From Acidilobaceae archaeon (GTDB lineage: Archaea > Thermoproteota > Thermoprotei_A > Sulfolobales > Acidilobaceae): 64,000 bases of DNA. How positions within the stretch are numbered: position 1 is the stretch's first letter; each line of letters begins with the position of its first letter. The notes beneath the pieces are model-generated. The model saw only the letters and a list, made by a program, of their open reading frames with translations. It did not search any database and was not told the origin of the DNA. A program made the position numbers and the translations under genes. Below, piece after piece: positions 28,416-38,275 of this stretch. The stretch is from NCBI GenBank assembly GCA_038897215.1, contig JAWAWX010000001.1:672001-736000 (forward strand). Reading direction: 5' to 3'.

Positions 28416-29417
28416 GTGTCTCTAAGGAGAGTATCGCTACCCCCGCCTAGACACAGCAGGACATTGGGGGAGGCTGTAGAGGAGTTTCTAGCCAAGCTAG
28501 CCACTATGGGGCTCTCGGAGAAGACTATTAGAGCGTACTCCGTTGCTCTCAAGAACTTCGCTGCATACGCAGGGCCCGAGAAGCCTATCTCCACTGTCTC
28601 GAGTAGCGACTACTACGGCTGGCTATCATATCTTAGAGTCAGAGGTGTGAGTGCTCGCGGCGGTAGACTCAAAGAATCCACGCTACACTACTACTCGGTC
28701 TTCGCCAGGAGATTCCTCAAGTGGCTAGGGGTAACTGAAGACCTTCAATCGATACCCGGGGGGGCTAGGGGATTCAGTGGTGCTCTAAGCTGGGCTGATG
28801 TCGAGAAGCTTCTCAATGCTTCAAGAGACCTCGTAGACCTAGCCGTGGTATCTCTCCTAGCTGAGACTGGGTTGAGAGCCTCCGAGCTACTCTCTCTCAA
28901 GGCTTCAGATGTGAATCTAGCTGAGGGAGTAGTTAGAGTTACGGGCAAGTACGGGAAGCAGAGAGTCGCAGTCCTAGGACCCTACTCGCGGTACGTTCTA
29001 GCCGAGTACATGTCTTACTTTGTCAGAAGCCCTGCCGATAGACTCTTCAACCTCTCATACCAAGCGCTCTACAAGAGGCTCAAGAGGCTTGCTGCTAGAG
29101 CAGGGCTCCCAGTAGACAAAGTGAGACCCCACGTCTTACGCCACACTTTCGCTACCGAGGCTCTAAGGCGAGGCATGAGCCTCCCCTCTCTCCAGAGGCT
29201 CTTAGGACACAGCGACCTGAAGGTTACACAGCTCTACCTCCATCTAACAGCAGAGGACGTGAGAGCAGAGTATGAGAGAGCATTCATGAGACAGGCCCCT
29301 GCTCCTCCGCTGGGAGTGTGGCACCAGCCTCCAGCCTATCCAAGCGTCTTCTACAACCCACACTATCAACTAGGCTACAGCATCCCCCAGGGTAGACCGC
29401 ACGCGGGGAGACGCTAG
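28416..29417 (+). CDS. xerA: Tyrosine recombinase XerA
   Basis: Intact catalytic set (TGLRASE, GKYGK, PHVLRH, LGH, TQLY) plus N-terminal SAM-like domain. In-frame GTG at 28416 avoids overlap with the upstream gene. Confidence 0.85.
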   Translation: MSLRRVSLPPPRHSRTLGEAVEEFLAKLATMGLSEKTIRAYSVALKNFAAYAGPEKPISTVSSSDYYGWLSYLRVRGVSARGGRLKESTLHYYSVFARRFLKWLGVTEDLQSIPGGARGFSGALSWADVEKLLNASRDLVDLAVVSLLAETGLRASELLSLKASDVNLAEGVVRVTGKYGKQRVAVLGPYSRYVLAEYMSYFVRSPADRLFNLSYQALYKRLKRLAARAGLPVDKVRPHVLRHTFATEALRRGMSLPSLQRLLGHSDLKVTQLYLHLTAEDVRAEYERAFMRQAPAPPLGVWHQPPAYPSVFYNPHYQLGYSIPQGRPHAGRR

Positions 29418-29426
29418 CTCTCGAAC

Positions 29427-29657
29427 TCATTCAGTCTCCTCTTCTTCCTCCTCCTCTGTCACTTTGACTAGCTTCGTAGTCAAGCCTCTCGCGTGAGCTA
29501 CTATGTGGTGCATTAGGTCGCTCGATGAAGCGAAAAGAGCTCTCCCACAGACAGGGCAGACGTAGAGCCCATCGGAAGTTACCTCGGCTAAGACTCGAGA
29601 CCCCTTATAGGAGACTTCACGCTTTCTCTCAGTCATCCCCGAAAGCCTCCGAGACAC
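29427..29657 (-). CDS. Small C2H2 zinc-finger protein with acidic tail
   Basis: YVCPVCG..F....DLMHHIVAH and C-terminal poly-E. Confidence 0.75.
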   Translation of the reverse strand: MSRRLSGMTERKREVSYKGSRVLAEVTSDGLYVCPVCGRALFASSSDLMHHIVAHARGLTTKLVKVTEEEEEEETE

Positions 29658-29690
29658 TTATAGAGTCCCGAGTGTGTATATATATACCCG

Positions 29691-29770
29691 GAGCCCCGCC
29701 ATCTCACATCCGCAGATAATCCCCCAGGGGGGATGAAGATGACAGCGGACCGGTTAGGCGGGGCACAACT
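29691..29770 (+). ncRNA. Box H/ACA guide sRNA (single hairpin)
   Basis: Lower stem GCCCCGCC(29693-700)/GGCGGGGC(29757-64); pocket ATCTCACA/CCGGTTA; upper stem TCCGC/GCGGA; K-turn AGA...GATGA; apical TCCCCC/GGGGGA; ACA at 29765-67; TTATA upstream at ~29658. Confidence 0.8.
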
Positions 29771-29863
29771 CTCCTAACCAAACATCGCGCTCTCTCAGTT
29801 TCGTTAAGCCACTAGCCGAGTCTGAGAGGACTCGTCTATGAGCTATGCTATACGCTAGTACGG

Positions 29864-32338
29864 GTGCGGCTATTGCCGAGATTCCTGAGTCTCTTCTCGG
29901 CTAAGCTGAAGCATACCTCCAGAGAGGTCTTCCTAGCTTCTGTAATCTACTGCGGAGAGCTTGAGGTAAGAGTTCTGAGCCCAAAGGGCTACGGTGTCTA
30001 CATATCTGATAGCCTTCTACGCGAGCTGACTGGAGAGAGTAGTGGAGCTGTGGCCGTATACCCAGAGATCAGTTTTAGAGCCAACCCTAGCTCCTTCGAT
30101 TTATGTGAAGCGGCTAGACGGGTAGTGCAGAGAGAACGAGTAGTATACGTGGTGACTAGAGCTCTAGCAGGCGGTAGCGCGGTTGAGGAGATTTACATCA
30201 ACGATTATCCAGAAGCCCCTGTCGAGAGACTAGTAGAGGAGGTGGAAAGACATTTCGTGAAACTACTGTCAGCTCGTGGTCTAAGACCGTGGCAACGCAG
30301 ACTAGCAGAGCTCGTTCTCGAGAAGGCGGGCAGAGGAGGGCTGGTAGTAGCGAGACTCCCTACAGGCTATGGGAAGACAGTTCTGCTCACTCTGCTAGCT
30401 AGAGTGATGTCGAGTAACGGTCTCGGAGGCTATGGGCTCATAGTGTCTCCTTTGAGAGCCATAATTAGGAACCAGTATCTGAAGTCGAGCAAGCTAGGGT
30501 TGAGGGTTGCATTCATAGACTCTACTCTGAGCCCCGACTCGAGAGCCAGAATCCTAGAGGAGACCTCGAGAGGGCTCGTGGATGTTCTAATGGTTACCCC
30601 CGAGAGATTCCTAGACGATTCTTTCAGGAGCTTTCTCGAAAACAATCCACCATCATTCATAGCCTTAGACGAGGCTCACGCTGTAGTAGAGTGGAGTCTC
30701 ACCTTCAGGCCCGCCTACCTCTATCTGCTAAGCTATCTGGCTAAAGCTAGGAGAGAGAAGCTCGGAAAGACCCCTCTGGTCGCTGTAAGCGGTACTCTAG
30801 CCAGGTCTCACACATTGTTTATAGTAGAGAAGCTTGGATTCAAGAGCATCCAGAGCGTTGGCTTGGATTCGAGTAGAGCGAGTAGTAACTCTGAAGCTCT
30901 CCTGATAGAGGGGGAGGCTGTTAGGAGAGACATAGAGCTAGACGTCAGAATAGTTCCAGCGGGTAGGAAGAGGCTTGAAGAGCTAGAGGAGGAGGTGGAG
31001 AAGCTTGTCAGCTGGGCTCGCTCGAGAAGCAGTGGAGGCGCTGGCATAGTCTACGTAGGATTCGTTGAGAACGCTCCCGTGGAATGGCTTAACGCTAAAG
31101 TGGTAGCAGAGACTCTCTCGAGAAGCATAGAGGCTCCATTAGTGTTGTATCATGGAGCTCTTCGAGAAAGCGAGAGGAGGAAGGTGGAGGAGTTTCTGCT
31201 CTCAGATGCTACTCCTCGAGAAGTCGTAGTAGTCGCTACGAAAGCTTTCGGGATGGGAGTAGACGTGCCTCACATCAGATGGGTTGTCCACTACACTCTA
31301 AGCGACTCCATAGAGGACTTCTGCCAGGAGATCGGGAGAGCGGGAAGAGATGGGAGAGGGGCAAGAGCAGTGGTCTTCTACAACCCTCTCGACTTCGAGC
31401 TCAAGAGGAGACTAGTGGTTAGCGAGGTTCTTCCAGCAACTGTCCCACTAAGAGTCTACAATACTGTAGCGGAGCTCTCGAGAAAAACGGGAGAGAGAGC
31501 TGTCTCAATCCCTCTAGAGCTAGCTGGTAGCAAGGCTAGGACGATTAAGGGGCTAGATAAGCTGAGAGAAGCGGGCCTCGTAGACTTCACTATAGCCAAG
31601 AGACGTAACCTCATCCATAAGCCTACCCCTCTACTCTCCGAGAACACCAAATTCTACGTGTGCCGGAGTAGTGCGCAGGACTTGTACCCTCTCAGAATCG
31701 AGGCTCGAGAGAGAGTAGTTGAGGTCGGATATTGCGATGAATGGGTGCTAGCAACTGGCGACCTTCTAGCAGTCGTGGAGCTGCTATCTGGAGTCGAGAA
31801 GCTCCACGCTCCCACACTCGATCTTCTTTTAGCCACGTACTCTGAAGCTGCTTGGAGACTCTCCAAGCTCGATGAGCTACAGAGCTTGATCGAGGAGGCG
31901 GTAAAAGTTGGAGAGCAGAGACTCCTAGACCTTCTAGAGGACTACTTTGATAGAAGGAGAGAGCTGGGGGCTATAGCTGATTGCAGAAGACTCTTGCTAG
32001 AGGAGAGCGGAAAGACTCTGAGTCTCCGAGAGCTAGAGAGCCTAGCTGCTCTAGTGAAGAAGCTCGTACTCTGTCTCTCTCGGAGAGGAGTCACTATAGC
32101 TACTAGGAGGAGGAGGCTGGCGGCGTCTCTCCTGACTACTCTAAGAGAGAAGCTGGGGGCCAGAGACCAGCCGCGTCTAGTACCGCTCTCGAGGCTCTAC
32201 AAGATATCGCGAGAGACTGTAAGATTATCGAGCCACGGATACTTGGTAGTTCTCGTAGACAGCGAGAGAGACTTAGAGAAAGCGGTTAGAGCTCTTGAAC
32301 GCTACCCCTTCAAGACTCTCGCCTATCTTCAGCACTAA
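29864..32338 (+). CDS. recQ: RecQ-family DEAH helicase with divergent N- and C-terminal regions
   Basis: LPTGYGKT, SPLRAI..Q, TPER, DEAH..EWSLTFRPAY, YHG, ATKAFGMGVD and QEIGRAGRDG motifs. Confidence 0.8.
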   Translation: MRLLPRFLSLFSAKLKHTSREVFLASVIYCGELEVRVLSPKGYGVYISDSLLRELTGESSGAVAVYPEISFRANPSSFDLCEAARRVVQRERVVYVVTRALAGGSAVEEIYINDYPEAPVERLVEEVERHFVKLLSARGLRPWQRRLAELVLEKAGRGGLVVARLPTGYGKTVLLTLLARVMSSNGLGGYGLIVSPLRAIIRNQYLKSSKLGLRVAFIDSTLSPDSRARILEETSRGLVDVLMVTPERFLDDSFRSFLENNPPSFIALDEAHAVVEWSLTFRPAYLYLLSYLAKARREKLGKTPLVAVSGTLARSHTLFIVEKLGFKSIQSVGLDSSRASSNSEALLIEGEAVRRDIELDVRIVPAGRKRLEELEEEVEKLVSWARSRSSGGAGIVYVGFVENAPVEWLNAKVVAETLSRSIEAPLVLYHGALRESERRKVEEFLLSDATPREVVVVATKAFGMGVDVPHIRWVVHYTLSDSIEDFCQEIGRAGRDGRGARAVVFYNPLDFELKRRLVVSEVLPATVPLRVYNTVAELSRKTGERAVSIPLELAGSKARTIKGLDKLREAGLVDFTIAKRRNLIHKPTPLLSENTKFYVCRSSAQDLYPLRIEARERVVEVGYCDEWVLATGDLLAVVELLSGVEKLHAPTLDLLLATYSEAAWRLSKLDELQSLIEEAVKVGEQRLLDLLEDYFDRRRELGAIADCRRLLLEESGKTLSLRELESLAALVKKLVLCLSRRGVTIATRRRRLAASLLTTLREKLGARDQPRLVPLSRLYKISRETVRLSSHGYLVVLVDSERDLEKAVRALERYPFKTLAYLQH

Positions 32339-33200
32339 CCACTAAAGCGGCTCCACAGACAGCCATGGCTACAGCTAGAGCTCTAAAAGCAGGCAAGCTC
32401 TCCCCTAGAAGCATCCACGCTAGTAGCGATGCTCCAGCAGGCTCTAAGAGGGGAGGAATCGAGGCCACGGTCAGACTCGTTATCCTGGCTAGAGCGTTTA
32501 TCAAAGTGTGCCCGAGCAGAGTAGGCAGGATGGCTAGCAGTATAGCTAGAGGGATGGCTTCTAGAGGTAGAAGAGAGCCATAGCCAGCTACTAGAGAGTA
32601 GGTTAGAGCTAGCACTCCTCCGAGCAAGTAGGCGTAGAAAGTGTACTCGAGAGCACTCATAGCGTCTCTTAGCAGCTTCCCCACAGTCAGGTAGCCGGCG
32701 ACTCCAAGCATTGAAGCAAAGGCGGCAACAGCTCCCAGCACGTCACCACCATCTCTCTCCAAAGTGAGCGTTAGAGTAACAGCTGCACTCAAGGCTAGAG
32801 CTAGCCCCAGGTACTGCTGGGTTCTCAGCTTAGTATTGAAGACCAGGTTGTCGACTAACACCATCACTAGAGGATAGAGGTTGACTATGGTGGCAGCTAC
32901 AGCAACACTCGTCAAGCCGAGACTAACCTTCCACAACACCATGTGAATGCCTAGTAGCAATCCCCCTATTAGAGTAAGCGCTATCACAACCGGCTTAGAA
33001 GCTGTGCTTGGAGACCGGCCCCCTATCTTCAGCACCTTCAGCAATATCAGCGTTAGACTTGAGGCGATCAAAAGCCTCCAGGCAGCTAGAGTAGCGGGTT
33101 GAGCTCCCAGAGCTAGAGAGTACTTGATCAAAATCGATGCAAGCGAGAAGCTAACGGAAGCTACGAGAACCCCTCCTGCCACCATAGCGATACGCTTCAA
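32310..33200 (-). CDS. DMT/EamA-family transporter
   Basis: About 10 TM helices in two EamA repeats; LLGHTL and LEP motifs. Confidence 0.9.
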   Translation of the reverse strand: MKRIAMVAGGVLVASVSFSLASILIKYSLALGAQPATLAAWRLLIASSLTLILLKVLKIGGRSPSTASKPVVIALTLIGGLLLGIHMVLWKVSLGLTSVAVAATIVNLYPLVMVLVDNLVFNTKLRTQQYLGLALALSAAVTLTLTLERDGGDVLGAVAAFASMLGVAGYLTVGKLLRDAMSALEYTFYAYLLGGVLALTYSLVAGYGSLLPLEAIPLAILLAILPTLLGHTLINALARITSLTVASIPPLLEPAGASLLAWMLLGESLPAFRALAVAMAVCGAALVVSAEDRRES

Positions 33201-33284
33201 GACTATGAGCCCTCCAGCGTTAGCTAGAGCTCTCGCCTAAAGCTTAAACTCTCGCAATACAAGATCGTATAGTGGGGCGCGCTC

Positions 33285-34088
33285 TTGGATTGCTCGAGGC
33301 TAACCCTGCTCGATCATGACGATGTCGTGGCAGCGGTCTTAGCAGGCGGCGAGGGGAGGAGGTTCAGACCGCTCACATACTACATCCCGAAACCGCTAGT
33401 TCCAGTAGGCTTCTCCGAGAAGCCAGTGATCGACGTTATACTACACTGGATAACTAGAAGCGGTATAAGAGACATAGTCTTACTCGTTGGGTACAAGTGG
33501 AGACAGCTCGTCAACTACATTGGAGACGGCTCGCGATACAAGGCTAGAGTCAAGTATGTTGTCGACAAGCCCCCCTACTCCAATACTGGGGGAGCTTTAA
33601 GAAGAGCCTTAGAGTTAGGGCTTTTCGAAAACTATAGCGATATACTGGTGTGGTACGGAGACATCATCGCACCCGTGAATATCCACGAGCTTCTAGAACA
33701 GCATAGAAATGCGGACGCGGACCTAACAGTAGTCGTGTCTAAGTCTTACAGAGTCCCTGTGGGAGTAGTCAGCTTAGGAGATGGAGGCCGCGTACTAGAC
33801 ATGAAGGAGAAGCCTCTCCTAGACCTAGGAGCTAACATAGGCGTTCTCGCTATGAAGCGTGAGAGCTTCGAAAGGACTCTAGCCACCGTTAACCTAGGCT
33901 GCTCCTTCGATATAGCTGGAGACCTGATACCGGCTATGATTAGAGCGGGGTTCAGCGTGAGAGCCTACATCTTCGACGGCGTCTGGTACGATGTAGGTAG
34001 CATAGAGCGCTACGAGAAACTAGACCACGAAGACATAGAGAGAATGATGTGCCTAGATAGAGAGCCTCCATCCTACGTTTACATCTAA
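33285..34088 (+). CDS. Sugar-phosphate nucleotidyltransferase family protein
   Basis: LAGGEGRRFRPLT..IPKPL, TGGAL, YGD, EKP and WYDVG motifs. Confidence 0.9.
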   Translation: MDCSRLTLLDHDDVVAAVLAGGEGRRFRPLTYYIPKPLVPVGFSEKPVIDVILHWITRSGIRDIVLLVGYKWRQLVNYIGDGSRYKARVKYVVDKPPYSNTGGALRRALELGLFENYSDILVWYGDIIAPVNIHELLEQHRNADADLTVVVSKSYRVPVGVVSLGDGGRVLDMKEKPLLDLGANIGVLAMKRESFERTLATVNLGCSFDIAGDLIPAMIRAGFSVRAYIFDGVWYDVGSIERYEKLDHEDIERMMCLDREPPSYVYI

Positions 34089-34159
34089 TCAGCGTCTCTT
34101 TAGGCTCTCGTCTAAAAGACTATTAAGCTTTAGACGAAGAGTGGAGGAAGGCGACGGGA

Positions 34160-35347
34160 TTGAGAGAAGTATACATAGTAGACGCGGTGAGAACTCCTAT
34201 AGGTAGATTTGGTAAAAGCTTGAAGAGCTATAGAGCAACAGACCTCGCCTCCTTCGCTATCAGCAAGCTAATATCCAGGACACGCCTAGACCCTTCTTTC
34301 GTCGACTTCGTGGTGATGGGTCACGCTATAAGAGCAGGCACGGGCATGAATACAGCTAAGCAGGCAGCACTCCGCGCTGGACTCCCTCCCTACATACCTG
34401 CTAGCAATGTCGACATGGTTTGCGCTAGCGGCATGAAGGCTATAATCACAGCCTATCTCCACATAGCTGTAGGCGACTACGAGATCGCGATAGCTGGAGG
34501 CATGGAGTCCATGAGTCAAACCCCGCTACTCCTCCCCGCATCTCACAGATGGGGCATCAGGCATCTCGTCTTAGATAGAGGCTCGGGAGTAGTCATAGAC
34601 AGCATGGTTTACGATGGGCTAACAGATGTCGTGAACTCCGCTCTCATGGGAGAAGAGGCTGATAGCGTTGCTCGAAGATACGGAGCGTCGAAGGAGGAGT
34701 TGGATTGGATAGGCTACGAGAGTCACAGAAGAGCCTTCCAGGCGTGGAGTCAGGGGCTTCTCGGGAAGCGCGTCGAGCCATTCGTAGACAATGGGAGCAT
34801 GGTTTTGGATAGAGACGAAGGTGTGAGAGGAGACTTGAAGCTAGAGGAAGCCTATGCTGCTAAGCCTGTATTCAGCTCAGACGGGCTCCACACCGTCATA
34901 TCTTCGAGCCAGCTTAGCGATGGAGCTGCGGCACTACTCCTAGCCTCAGGAGATGCTGTGAGAAAGCTAGAGCTAGAGCCTGTAGCTAAGATAGTCGGCT
35001 ACACCTACGTGGGGGTAGAGCCTAGAGAATTCCCGGTAGCGCCTGTGTACGCGATAAAGAATCTACTAGCCAAGATAGGCTGGAGCATAGACAAGGTCGA
35101 CTTCTGGGAGAATAACGAGGCTTTTGCTGTAAACAGCTTTTTAGTAAACAAACTGCTAGGCATCCCCTACGATATACTCAACGTCTACGGTGGAGCCATA
35201 GCCATAGGGCACCCTCTGGGAGCTAGCGGGGCCAGAATAGTCGTCGACCTACTGACTGTACTAGAGACCAAGAGTGGAGTCCGGGGAGTTGCATCGATAT
35301 GCCACGGGCTTGGCGGAGCGGCAGCTCTAGCTATAGAGCTAGTCTAG
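34160..35347 (+). CDS. Acetyl-CoA C-acetyltransferase (thiolase)
   Basis: VCASG, GGMESMS, NEAFA, GHPLGASG and CHGLGG motifs. Confidence 0.95.
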   Translation: MREVYIVDAVRTPIGRFGKSLKSYRATDLASFAISKLISRTRLDPSFVDFVVMGHAIRAGTGMNTAKQAALRAGLPPYIPASNVDMVCASGMKAIITAYLHIAVGDYEIAIAGGMESMSQTPLLLPASHRWGIRHLVLDRGSGVVIDSMVYDGLTDVVNSALMGEEADSVARRYGASKEELDWIGYESHRRAFQAWSQGLLGKRVEPFVDNGSMVLDRDEGVRGDLKLEEAYAAKPVFSSDGLHTVISSSQLSDGAAALLLASGDAVRKLELEPVAKIVGYTYVGVEPREFPVAPVYAIKNLLAKIGWSIDKVDFWENNEAFAVNSFLVNKLLGIPYDILNVYGGAIAIGHPLGASGARIVVDLLTVLETKSGVRGVASICHGLGGAAALAIELV

Positions 35348-35971
35348 TCGCGTTCCGCGAGCACGAGAGGTCTCTCTCAGCCACTCGATAAACGCTATCA
35401 CGTGCTCTGTATGCAAGCTCACTGGCCCCACAGAGACTACGCTCGCTCCGAGAGATATAGCGTAGGACTCTATATGCTCGGGTATGTCTACCTGAGACCC
35501 TAGGAGGAAGAGCCTGCGCCCCTCGATTAGAGAGAGGTTTTCCAAGACGCTTACTCCATCTTCTCTCAGCAAGGTTAGCGCAAAGCCTAGCCTCTTAGCC
35601 TCTAGCAAGACCTTCTCGATGCTCTCTTCGAGAACGAGGATAGACCCAGAGCCCCCTCTCTTCAGAGCTCTCGACAACTCCACGGCTGCCTCTCTCTCAC
35701 TAGAGTATCTCGGCTTAGTGTCTAGGACTAGCTTGGGGGGACTAGGGGGCCCTAAGAGCGCTCCCATAAAGCACACTCTACCAGAGAAAGCTGAGAGCAC
35801 ATACATGCATCTAGCCACGATATCTATCCTGCCCGCTGAGCTAGCATAGCCTCTAGGCTTGAAGGGCGACGTAGTGGCTGTCGGGCTAACTACGCAGTAT
35901 ATAGAGTTGCACTCATCTAGACGTTTTAGCGAGCTATCTCTTGAGAGAGGGCTCTCCACAATCTCCCCCAT
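35339..35971 (-). CDS. trmY: SPOUT methyltransferase, TrmY-like (tRNA pseudouridine-54 N1-methylase)
   Basis: GRIDIVARC, LLGPP.PP, L.EDG and SVGP.SLH motifs. Confidence 0.7.
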   Translation of the reverse strand: MGEIVESPLSRDSSLKRLDECNSIYCVVSPTATTSPFKPRGYASSAGRIDIVARCMYVLSAFSGRVCFMGALLGPPSPPKLVLDTKPRYSSEREAAVELSRALKRGGSGSILVLEESIEKVLLEAKRLGFALTLLREDGVSVLENLSLIEGRRLFLLGSQVDIPEHIESYAISLGASVVSVGPVSLHTEHVIAFIEWLRETSRARGTRLD

Positions 35972-36078
35972 CTACCAGCTTGCTCGACGTTTCTCTCGAG
36001 AGAGCAAACGAGCCTCGAGAGGAAAAGTCTTCGGAGAAGACTCTCCTGCATTCGATGAATTCAGAGCGAGCTACAAGG

Positions 36079-36450
36079 CTACCTTAAACTATAGTAGCTC
36101 TCGCTCTCCTCTCTTTTCTTCTCGTACTCGCTCTCGATCTCCACTATGACTCTAGCTCGTACTCGCTCTTTCAGAGACTCGGGAATCCTCTCTCCTAGCT
36201 CGATCCCTATCACTACAGGATTGCCTAGGTCGTCGGTGAATCTGACTTCAGCCACGTAGGTACTCGTGGGGCCTCCTCCCTCCATCATCTTGAGTAGAGC
36301 ATCGTAGATTCTCGACATAGCCATCTGGAAAGACACGGGGCTCGAGAAATCTTCAGGCTTGAGCGTAATGGAGGCAAACCCTTTGATTACCCTCCCTACT
36401 TTACCTGTAGCTTCGAAGACTCTGACAATGCTTTCCCTCTCTTCACTCAA
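36079..36450 (-). CDS. Hypothetical protein
   Basis: 123-aa ORF with typical codon usage. Confidence 0.65.
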   Translation of the reverse strand: MSEERESIVRVFEATGKVGRVIKGFASITLKPEDFSSPVSFQMAMSRIYDALLKMMEGGGPTSTYVAEVRFTDDLGNPVVIGIELGERIPESLKERVRARVIVEIESEYEKKREESESYYSLR

Positions 36451-36561
36451 AACTCAGCCCCGTGTTCTCCCAGAGCTCCAGCCCTAATTTAAGCCGACTC
36501 TTGGCTTAACCGTGAAGACAGAAAGAGCTTTAGGCTACTCTCGAGAAGCTCTAAGTCTCGG

Positions 36562-36640
<79 letters not shown>

Positions 36641-36849
36641 CTCTCCGTATTACTACTCTACACACTCCTCAGGTCTAAGCGACGCTGGGAGAAGAGGTTC
36701 TCGAAGCGGGGCGGCGATGCGCTCGAGCCAGCACGCTATCCTCGACTCTCGCGGAGCCTTGTTGTTTATAGCGAGAGCCTGCTAGTCGGCGACTACATAA
36801 GGCCTGGGAGTCTATCGGGGGAGATGGTTGCCGTTTAGAGGTTTTCTTC

Positions 36850-38118
36850 ATGACTGTGATAATGTGGTTTAAGAGAGACCTTAGAGTCTACGATAACAGA
36901 GCTCTAGAGAGAGCTGTGAAGCTAGGAGAGGTGCTACCTGTTTTCGTCATAGACCCCGATATCCTCGATAGCCTGGAGGCTTACGATTCGAGGCTAGGGT
37001 TCGTGATCACAGCTTTAGAGAAGCTATCAGAGGAGCTACCTCTCAGAGTATACGTTGGGAAGACGGAAGAGGTGTTCAGAAATCTACTCGAGAAGTATCG
37101 CCCAAAGGCGGTGGTTACGGCCGAGGCTGGTAGCTGGAGTGGTGAGTTGAGAGTAGCAAAGATAGAGAGGCTCTGCGCTGAGAAAAAGGTTAGATTCGTA
37201 AAAGTCTTCGACAACTACCTGGCGGATTACCACAGAATAAGCGGCTTTTGGAGCTTTTCCAGCTTCTACAGGAAGTGGAGAAACCTACTGGACCTAGAGA
37301 CCTCCGGGAAGCCGAGCGGTCGTTTCGTCAAAGCGGAGGACGAGCCCACGTGGCTGGATGCAGCTCGTGTTCTGAAGTACCAGATAGGCAGGTTTACTGC
37401 GCGTGACGCAGAGAAGCACCTCGAATACGATTTCAGAAACTACAAGTGGCTAAGGAGAAAGCTAGACGGGTCGAGCCAGCTATCCCCCTATATCAGGTTC
37501 GGGGTGCTATCCATAAGGCATGTGTACGCTGAGGGGAGGCATAGCGAGGATTTCGTGAGAGAGCTAGCTTGGAGAGAGTACTGGTACGCTTTGAAGGCAC
37601 AGCACCCCTACATGAATACTCTAGAGCTGAGAGCAAAGAGGCGCGGGATAAGCTGGAGGAATCTGTACATCGAGGCCTTCTACAATGGCGAGACAGGATA
37701 CCCCATAATAGATGCCGCTATACGCCAGCTGAAAGAAGAGAAGTGGATACACAATAGGCTGAGAATGCTGCTAGCTAGCTTCTTCACGAAAGACCTGCTC
37801 GGAGACTGGCGTCTAGGAGAAGCGTTTTTCCGAAAGCACTTAATAGACTACGACGAGGTCGTCAACGTGGGCAACTGGCAGTGGGTAGCCTCAGTGGGTA
37901 CGGACTACACTGTGAGGATATTCAATCCAGTGAAGCAAGCAAGAGAGCTAGACCCGCACTGTGTGTACATAAAGAGATACCTTCCAGAGCTAGAAGACGT
38001 TAGCTGTGACTGTCTCCACGACCCTGTGAGATGCAGGGTTCCAAACTATCTCCCGCCCATCGTAGATTACAGAGAGACGAGGAGGAAGGTAGCTGAGCTA
38101 TTCAAACGAATGGTCTAG
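36850..38118 (+). CDS. phrB: Deoxyribodipyrimidine photolyase (class I CPD)
   Basis: WFKRDLRVYDN, SQLSPYIRFG, RELAWREY, GETGYPIIDA, HNRLRM, DYD..VNVGNWQW and RIFNP motifs. Confidence 0.95.
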   Translation: MTVIMWFKRDLRVYDNRALERAVKLGEVLPVFVIDPDILDSLEAYDSRLGFVITALEKLSEELPLRVYVGKTEEVFRNLLEKYRPKAVVTAEAGSWSGELRVAKIERLCAEKKVRFVKVFDNYLADYHRISGFWSFSSFYRKWRNLLDLETSGKPSGRFVKAEDEPTWLDAARVLKYQIGRFTARDAEKHLEYDFRNYKWLRRKLDGSSQLSPYIRFGVLSIRHVYAEGRHSEDFVRELAWREYWYALKAQHPYMNTLELRAKRRGISWRNLYIEAFYNGETGYPIIDAAIRQLKEEKWIHNRLRMLLASFFTKDLLGDWRLGEAFFRKHLIDYDEVVNVGNWQWVASVGTDYTVRIFNPVKQARELDPHCVYIKRYLPELEDVSCDCLHDPVRCRVPNYLPPIVDYRETRRKVAELFKRMV

Positions 38119-38275
38119 AATCGGGAGACCGTAGACTGCAGACTTGACTGCTTGGTGGCTAGACAGAGTCAGCTTCATCTCCACTCTGTGCGAGCTTAGA
38201 GGCTCGCGCGAGTCTTAGCAGAACTCTCAAGCTGCTTTAACGAGGAGGAATGCCTTTCGACTTATGGCTTCACGG

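Noticed and set aside
28254-32338. Integrated mobile element built around the tyrosine recombinase
   Set aside because: There is no adjacent tRNA, att repeat, or replication/viral gene, and the flanks are housekeeping genes.
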